Source: a virus
IMG/VR virus record: IMGVR_UViG_3300040751_002893
Span: 25,684-89,683 of that record
Direction: 5' to 3' (one strand)
DNA length: 64,000 bases
Made by a program: the position numbers and the translations under genes. Below, piece by piece: positions 57,938-64,000 of this stretch. The notes beneath the pieces were generated by a model that was not told the origin of the DNA, did not search any database, and worked only from the letters and a program-made list of their open reading frames with translations. How positions within the stretch are numbered: position 1 is the first letter of the stretch; every line of letters starts with the position of its first letter.

Positions 57938-60900
57938 GTTCTATCAACATGACCTCTCGTTGAGAATCCCCAACCATCAGAATATTGCGGCTTGATAATG
58001 TAAACTTCGTTCAAGAGAATCTCGTCTCGGATTGTGTCTTTGTTCACACCCCAATACCGAAGCTTGGTAAGTTTACTGTTTGAATCGATCAGATCAATAA
58101 CAGCAAACCACTTGCCATTCTTTGACTTGCGAAGATTGACATTACGAGGTATACCCCAACATGCACCAAGAGCAGCATCAAACTCAGAGATAGGTGGAAC
58201 GCAGAACTTAGCTAGAGACTCTTGGACTTCTTCCGGAGCAACAAGATTCATAGGAAAAATACCCGTCAATTCCGTAAGAAATTCAACTCTATCGTCTTTT
58301 GAGAAGTCACCGGCCTCCTTATATGCCTCAATATTTTCAGCGAGTTTTTTGAGGTTTTTTGGACGATCTTGGCAACAAGCAGCCCAGAAGTGTTGAGCAC
58401 CTGTGAACCTATCATCAATGAGGGAATCCAAAGCACCACCGCGACAAAGAGCATCCAAAGACTTCTTGTTGAGTTTACGATAGATAACGTTCTCATTGAA
58501 TAGCAATTCCTCAACAGTCTCAAAAGGACGGTTCGCAACAATCTCTTCGATAGCCTTGTCTCCAAGACCTTTGATAGTTGTGAGCGGCGCAACTAACTCG
58601 TGGTCAGAAGCAGCCTCCCAAGAGTCGCCAGAAAGATTGATATCAATAGGACGGATAGAGTAACCATGAGACTTAGCAATATTAATTGCTTGCTCTTTCT
58701 TAGTGTCGGGCTCACGATCCAAGAAACTACACATCCACTCAGTAGGAAAATAGTTATAAAGGTAAGCACACTGATAAGATATGATGGAGTATGATACAGC
58801 ATGAGACTTATTGAAGCCGTAACCAGAGAAATATTCAAAAGTGGCCCATAGCTTTTCAGCGTCCTCTTTTCTGATCTCCTTCTTCTCGCACCCAGCAAGA
58901 AACTTCTCCTTGATCGCCTCTTTAACCTCATGTCCTTTACCCGTACCCTTCTTAGTAAGTACTTTGCGGAGGAGGTTAGCTTCATCCATAGAGATATTTT
59001 CTCCAAGTTTATAAGCCAACATAGCAATCTGTTCTTGGAAAATCAAGAAGCCGTAGGTCTCTTTGGTAACTTCTTCTACAAGAGGGTGAAGATACTCAAT
59101 CGATAGAGTGTCATTAATAGCAGCAACATACTGCTTATCAACACCAGCCGATAAAGGCCCAGGGCGATAGATTGACGTAATAGCTGCGATATCAATAATG
59201 GACTTCGGCTGGGCACGGACAGCAAATGACTGTGCGCCTTTCTCTGTGAACTGAAAGATACCAGCCCATTTACCTTCGTGAAAAATGTTTTCATAAATAT
59301 CCTGATTGTCAAAATCAATAACGTCCGGATGGAGGTTCTGATCATAAAATGCTTTGATCTGAGCAAACGTTGGTTGTTCAGTTCCATTGTTAACTAGAAT
59401 ACGTCTAATGCAATCTTCAATCATTCTGAGAGTTGATAGTCCAAGAATATCGAACTTGATAAAACCAAGAGGCTCAAGCTGACGAACGTTCTGCCCCTCA
59501 GACCATGGAGTTTGTCTAACGCCTTTAGACGAGATCAAAGGCATATATTTATTTAATTGTTCTCCAACCACCACACCGCCAGCATGACGAGAGCATGAAC
59601 GATAAGAACCATAAAGAGCCATGACGTGATCTGCTACATGTGGATACTTGTTAAGAAACCCACGAAGACTGTCGGAGAACTCAATGGTCTCTTCAAAGGT
59701 TGGAGTATATACACCAGCCTTAATACCATGCTTTCGCTTGGCCGCAGGTGTGGCTTCTTTCATCATAACGTTTGTAACAGCATTCACTTCATTGAATGGA
59801 ATCTCGTAGAACTTTGAGATATCTTTGAGGAGAGAACGAAGCTGAAGTGTATTCCAGTTTGAGATAGGAACAACAACATCATCGCCCCACTCTTCGATAA
59901 GCATATCTTTGAGAACCATGGGATCAGATACATCATAGTCGATGTCCGGATAGTCTGTTGCATCAGAACGCAAGAAACGAGAAAACAGAAGTCCATACTC
60001 AATAGGATCAACCTGTGTGATTCCGAGAGCATAGGCTACCAATGAACCAGCAGCAGAACCACGACCTGGACCAGCCAACTGAACTTCATTTGTTTTGTCT
60101 GATATGGCTTTCATTGTTAAGAAATACTTTGAGAAACCACGATCAGCAATAACGCTGAGTTCATGATTGATTCTGGAAATATATTCTGGGCTGTTCTTTC
60201 TCAAGTGACTTAGGCCACCAAGTGATAGATCACGTAGGTAGTCATCTTCATCACGACCCGCAGGTACAACAAAATCAGGAAGACGAACAGTAGTGTCTGG
60301 AACAAACTGTTCAATGCGTTCGAAAGCAATGGTGTGACTTTCCTCAATGCTTCTAAATACGAGTTCTTCATCATAATCATATTCCTCCGAGTATTTCTTG
60401 AAGTCTTCCCACATTTGTTCTCCATTCTTTGGATAGAGTTCATAATCCATATCTTGAACAGAACCGGGAAGAGTCATGTCCAACCATTCAGGCGCACCAC
60501 GTCCCAACCAACCGAGCCGCTTGTATAGCTCACGGTCTTTCCAAGCAGTTGGTGTAGGATAGTGAGAGTCAGCAGTTGAAACCAACTTGATACCAAACTC
60601 TTTGTGCATCTGGATGATGTATTTATTTAGAGCATGCTGCTCAGGTACAGCATTCCACTGTAACTCACCATACCAGCGATCACCAAAGATATCAACCATA
60701 GTACGGGTTGTTTCGCGCATGCAGTCAAGAACAGCCTCTTCACCGTTCTCAATGTTTTCCCAATAGCACCCAGCGTAAACACCACCAAGACAAGCAGACA
60801 TAGCAATAACACCATCGCTGTATTTGCGAAGGAGACTATAATCCATGCGAGGCTTGCGATAAAAGTATTTCTCACTGTAACTTTCCGATACTAATTTAAA

Positions 60901-61329
60901 TATATTGTTAAGACCGTTTTGGTTCATTGCGAGAAGAACTAAATGACGAGAACGGTTAATGGAACGACCTTTTGACTTGGTCGCACCTTCTTCCTCTACG
61001 TTTACACCTGATTGCTTATCAGATAGTTCTTTGGCTTTCTTCTTATCTGCCTTGTGTTCTTCATACTGTTTTCTCCAGTCTTCGACATCTTCAATGAAGT
61101 ATGCTTCCACACCAAAGATTGGTTTGAAGTCTTTACCTTCTTTTGCCATCTTGTTTGCGTGCAGAATCTGATATGCGAAACCATTCATGTTTCCATGATC
61201 GGTTAATGCTAGAGCCTGTCCTCCATTCTCGTAGCAAAAGTTCATGTGGTCTTGCGGGTAGCCGAAGCCATCAAAGGGTGAGCCAACACCCGAATGAGCG
61301 TGAAGCCCAACAAATTTTATATTATTCAT
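57904..61329 (-). CDS. dnaE: DNA polymerase III alpha subunit
   Basis: PHP domain (LHAHS, LTDHG), GPGRGSAAGSLV, PDIDYD, HAGGVV, KFDILGL and YGFNKSHA. Confidence 0.96.
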   Translation of the reverse strand: MNNIKFVGLHAHSGVGSPFDGFGYPQDHMNFCYENGGQALALTDHGNMNGFAYQILHANKMAKEGKDFKPIFGVEAYFIEDVEDWRKQYEEHKADKKKAKELSDKQSGVNVEEEGATKSKGRSINRSRHLVLLAMNQNGLNNIFKLVSESYSEKYFYRKPRMDYSLLRKYSDGVIAMSACLGGVYAGCYWENIENGEEAVLDCMRETTRTMVDIFGDRWYGELQWNAVPEQHALNKYIIQMHKEFGIKLVSTADSHYPTPTAWKDRELYKRLGWLGRGAPEWLDMTLPGSVQDMDYELYPKNGEQMWEDFKKYSEEYDYDEELVFRSIEESHTIAFERIEQFVPDTTVRLPDFVVPAGRDEDDYLRDLSLGGLSHLRKNSPEYISRINHELSVIADRGFSKYFLTMKAISDKTNEVQLAGPGRGSAAGSLVAYALGITQVDPIEYGLLFSRFLRSDATDYPDIDYDVSDPMVLKDMLIEEWGDDVVVPISNWNTLQLRSLLKDISKFYEIPFNEVNAVTNVMMKEATPAAKRKHGIKAGVYTPTFEETIEFSDSLRGFLNKYPHVADHVMALYGSYRSCSRHAGGVVVGEQLNKYMPLISSKGVRQTPWSEGQNVRQLEPLGFIKFDILGLSTLRMIEDCIRRILVNNGTEQPTFAQIKAFYDQNLHPDVIDFDNQDIYENIFHEGKWAGIFQFTEKGAQSFAVRAQPKSIIDIAAITSIYRPGPLSAGVDKQYVAAINDTLSIEYLHPLVEEVTKETYGFLIFQEQIAMLAYKLGENISMDEANLLRKVLTKKGTGKGHEVKEAIKEKFLAGCEKKEIRKEDAEKLWATFEYFSGYGFNKSHAVSYSIISYQCAYLYNYFPTEWMCSFLDREPDTKKEQAINIAKSHGYSIRPIDINLSGDSWEAASDHELVAPLTTIKGLGDKAIEEIVANRPFETVEELLFNENVIYRKLNKKSLDALCRGGALDSLIDDRFTGAQHFWAACCQDRPKNLKKLAENIEAYKEAGDFSKDDRVEFLTELTGIFPMNLVAPEEVQESLAKFCVPPISEFDAALGACWGIPRNVNLRKSKNGKWFAVIDLIDSNSKLTKLRYWGVNKDTIRDEILLNEVYIIKPQYSDGWGFSTRGHVDRTWKRMTTNKEE

Positions 61330-61352
61330 ATTACCTCCTCAAGTATATTAAT

Positions 61353-61381
61353 ATTATATCACATTACGGCATATTTGTCAA
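61353..61381 (-). promoter_or_regulatory. sigma70 promoter of dnaE
   Basis: TTGACA-N17-TATAAT. Confidence 0.75.
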
Positions 61382-62206
61382 GTATTTTTCTAAACTTATT
61401 ATCAATTCATTCTTTGAAATACTTGGATTTCCGGCTGTGTCGTATTTTGCAGAATTGTAACCCCAATCTAGCTTTCTTATTGCATCTGCAATATTGTCTT
61501 CACAATTTATATAAAAATGACTTGGCGCAGACATTGATCGATTTGATTTAGAAATTTCGTATAGATCTCCTGCCGCAGCGCCAACTCTTCTAAAAGCATA
61601 TTTTGCTTGTTTTATATTACTTTCAAAGTTTATAAAGCGTGAAGTAGATCTAGACTCTACCTTTACTCTTTTTTCTTCTGTTTTATCCCAAACTTGAAAA
61701 ACACAGGGAACATCATATTCAGAGGTTAGTGTCGGGCTGTTGGGGTCCATTACTAAAAAGCTGTTTTTTGGCAATATAAGTTCTTTCGATAAAGAAAAAT
61801 CAAAAGACAATCGATTGGTAACACTTATCTTACGAAAAGTCCTAGGAACAATGAACGCTATAGTGTCAGAAAAAATACTACAACCGTTAAAAAAGTCGAT
61901 AGCCATCCCAGAACTGGTTCCAAATGGTGGATTTCCAATTGACAGATATTTTTTTTCCTTATTTTTTTCTAACTCTAAAAGCTTTATGACTTTCTCAATA
62001 CTATAAAAATCCAGTTCTATTACATCTGCTATATCTGGGGATATGTCTATGCCCTTAGAATTTTTTTTAGGTAGTTTATTTAAAAACGACCCACAGCCGG
62101 CTGATGGTTCTATTATCAAATCATATTTTTTTAGATCTATTAAACCCAAACACAAATCAACAGTTTCAGGTTTTGTAAAGTATTTATCGTTAACTGCATT
62201 ACCCAT
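61364..62206 (-). CDS. N6-adenine DNA methyltransferase
   Basis: YFT, EPSAGCGSF (motif I) and IGNPPFG (motif IV). Confidence 0.85.
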   Translation of the reverse strand: MGNAVNDKYFTKPETVDLCLGLIDLKKYDLIIEPSAGCGSFLNKLPKKNSKGIDISPDIADVIELDFYSIEKVIKLLELEKNKEKKYLSIGNPPFGTSSGMAIDFFNGCSIFSDTIAFIVPRTFRKISVTNRLSFDFSLSKELILPKNSFLVMDPNSPTLTSEYDVPCVFQVWDKTEEKRVKVESRSTSRFINFESNIKQAKYAFRRVGAAAGDLYEISKSNRSMSAPSHFYINCEDNIADAIRKLDWGYNSAKYDTAGNPSISKNELIISLEKYLTNMP

Positions 62207-62648
62207 TGAAAAACTCCTCTCTAGAGCCTTTATTGATCTTACAGGTGGGAAACCTCTTTACAAGTTCAGATCCCTTTTCAAATCTCACTCTAACTTTTGG
62301 AAAATCTACAATGTCACAGCATATGTAAATTAAATCATTTGCTTTTTCATAAGCTATGCTTTCATTAAATTTTCTACCTGCTCCAAGTTGATTAGAAGGC
62401 ATAAATTTCAAACCATATTTTGTAAAGTTTTTAGCATCATATTTCACACCATCTTTGTCGATATGGTCATGATCTTTGTCTCCCTTAACACGGGATAAAT
62501 CTGGGAACCACTTTACTAGTTGCGGCTCCATAAACCACGAACAGCATCGTCCGTCCTTAAAGTTTTCTATCAACTCTTCTCTTGGAATATCTCCAAAAGA
62601 GAATTCCTTTACTTCGAAATGATAAGTTTTACTGTGTTCTATTTTCAT
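62199..62648 (-). CDS. Putative PD-(D/E)XK endonuclease
   Basis: E..DHDHID..KYDAK; overlaps the MTase gene. Confidence 0.4.
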   Translation of the reverse strand: MKIEHSKTYHFEVKEFSFGDIPREELIENFKDGRCCSWFMEPQLVKWFPDLSRVKGDKDHDHIDKDGVKYDAKNFTKYGLKFMPSNQLGAGRKFNESIAYEKANDLIYICCDIVDFPKVRVRFEKGSELVKRFPTCKINKGSREEFFNG

Positions 62649-62674
62649 GTTTCCTCCTCATTGAACATGTATAT

Positions 62675-62703
62675 ATTATATCACGGTATGTTGTGTTTGT
62701 CAA
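62675..62703 (-). promoter_or_regulatory. sigma70 promoter
   Basis: TTGACA-N17-TATAAT. Confidence 0.7.
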
Positions 62704-62714
62704 GTATTTTATAT

Positions 62715-62775
62715 AAAAAAAAAGGCATCCTAACGAGAGGAGCCCTTATCACTGATTCTTCAGTAGGATGCCTTT
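62715..62775 (-). terminator. Terminator-like stem with U-run
   Basis: AAAGGCATCCTA..TAGGATGCCTTT followed by a T-run on the minus strand. Confidence 0.55.
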
Positions 62776-62804
62776 AAAGCTATTCTACGTGGCCTGTTCC
62801 AAAG

Positions 62805-63329
62805 TTATAAATAATCTGGACCTAGATTATCAGGTGAATAAACTTTATGTGGTCCTTGAAATGATTCACCAGAATGCTTTCTATGAAAGTCAGTCTGTAC
62901 AGAAGCAGTATTGTCAATGTCACCTACTGGTTCTCCTGTTATAGCGCTTAATTCATCTAATTTTTTATTGAGTTTTGCTACTAAAGGTCTCCAAACATCC
63001 GAGGTGTTGTTCCAAAGAGCCGCTCTTGCTTTCAATTGTAAATCAACAATTTCATTTTTCAACTGCATTATATTTTTCGGATCATCAGGCATCACTTCTA
63101 AATTCTCTTGTGAACCCAAACCTTTTGCGAGTTCTCTAGCCATTTTAGGATCTTCTTTCTCTAGATCTTCAATTTTCTTAAGAAACATTGCATCAATCCC
63201 AGCATCGTCACGGCGAATTTTTTTTAGAAATTCAGGATCAGGGTGTCCACCAGGATATCTCATTTCTTTGAGAACGCTGTCTAGTTCTTGTTTGATAATT
63301 CTTCTTATTGCTTCATTTGTTAATTTCAT
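62805..63329 (-). CDS. MKLT-motif protein
   Basis: MKLTNEAIRRIIKQELDSVLKE. Confidence 0.7.
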   Translation of the reverse strand: MKLTNEAIRRIIKQELDSVLKEMRYPGGHPDPEFLKKIRRDDAGIDAMFLKKIEDLEKEDPKMARELAKGLGSQENLEVMPDDPKNIMQLKNEIVDLQLKARAALWNNTSDVWRPLVAKLNKKLDELSAITGEPVGDIDNTASVQTDFHRKHSGESFQGPHKVYSPDNLGPDYL

Positions 63330-63370
63330 ATGAAATCTCTCCAACTTTACAATAAATAGTTTGTTTTTAT

Positions 63371-64000
63371 CTATTCAATGTGTCCTGTTCCAATAACTTC
63401 CCAAATCATATGCGAGTCAATGTAACCGTTAAACTCTGGTGCTATCTGTCTTCCTATTCTGTGTCGAATAAGATGCACAGCAGCTAGAGACCACATCGGA
63501 TATGACTGAAAGTATGCACCGGGAACAAACATATATCCTGTGTCTGTCTCCATACAACTAACCGCTCCGAGAAGTTGAGAACCATCGGGCGAATAAACCG
63601 CAATAAGAATCTCAAAGTAATCAAGAGGCAGAACAGGGAACCATGTAAAAGTTGTTCCATTCTTGGAAATTACGGCATCAAAAGCGTAAGAAGGATCGAC
63701 CCATAGTAAGGTATAGGGTTGAATGTCGTCAAAGCCTTCTATGGTCGTAAATGCGTCAACTATCGTGCCGTTTTCAGTAACAATTGTATGAGGTGTCTGT
63801 CTCTGTATTTGATACTCGTAGAGATAGTTGTTTGTCCACTGTCCTTGACCTGATGGGTTAAGTTGAATACTATTGAACATAGCTGGCTGTGTTGCTTGAA
63901 CCGGTTGAGAACTTACATAAGTTTCAATCATTTGTGTAGTGCATGTTCCAACAGGAGTCATATATTCAAAATAGTCTCCGGATGTTGGTTGGTGCATCTT
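63371..64000 (-). CDS. Hypothetical protein, 5' end outside the window
   Basis: ORF open to the window edge. Confidence 0.55.
   Translation of the reverse strand, partial: KMHQPTSGDYFEYMTPVGTCTTQMIETYVSSQPVQATQPAMFNSIQLNPSGQGQWTNNYLYEYQIQRQTPHTIVTENGTIVDAFTTIEGFDDIQPYTLLWVDPSYAFDAVISKNGTTFTWFPVLPLDYFEILIAVYSPDGSQLLGAVSCMETDTGYMFVPGAYFQSYPMWSLAAVHLIRHRIGRQIAPEFNGYIDSHMIWEVIGTGHIE

Noticed and set aside
57904-61329. Intein or intron in dnaE
   Set aside because: The ORF is continuous, 1141 aa, of normal length, with no intein terminal motifs noticed.
21-63333. All plus-strand ORFs in the track
   Set aside because: They shadow minus-strand genes or run through repeat modules, lack clear RBSs and show no recognisable motifs.
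1-64000. Stop-codon reassignment; tRNA or rRNA genes
   Set aside because: Conserved genes are full length in code 11 and all three stops are used. No cloverleaf or rRNA-like segment was recognised by eye; tRNAscan would be needed to exclude tRNAs.

Overview
This window looks like part of a large, jumbo-type tailed bacteriophage genome. Every credible gene is on the minus strand, in the standard genetic code. I see three zones. (1) 1-24.1 kb: two glycosyltransferases, a PD-(D/E)XK nuclease, PIN-PhoH, HNH, a eukaryote-type phosphomannomutase, a class II aldolase, a Fis-like HTH protein, a HAD-NUDIX fusion, a Ser/Thr kinase-like protein, a VWA lipoprotein and many acidic proteins sharing an MKLTxxxLKQIIKEEL motif. 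(2) 24.2-45.4 kb: an early/host-takeover-like island of small genes plus MoxR/VWA and UvsE. It carries 25 copies of a GGWCA-N5-TGWCC palindrome, most next to sigma70 -35 boxes, and most of a family of more than 20 KOW/SH3-like miniproteins. Its non-coding modules hold ten sigma54 (-24/-12) consensus sites on the gene-less plus strand; nine of them have GTTAYG exactly 17 nt upstream and two are followed by Fur-box-like sequences. (3) 45.4-64 kb: protease, cupin, HNH, glutaredoxin, GroEL, amidase endolysin, ClpP, dUTPase, DnaE and a putative MTase-nuclease pair. The most unusual signal is the cis-regulatory architecture of zone 2. All product calls come from motifs read by eye; no database search was run.
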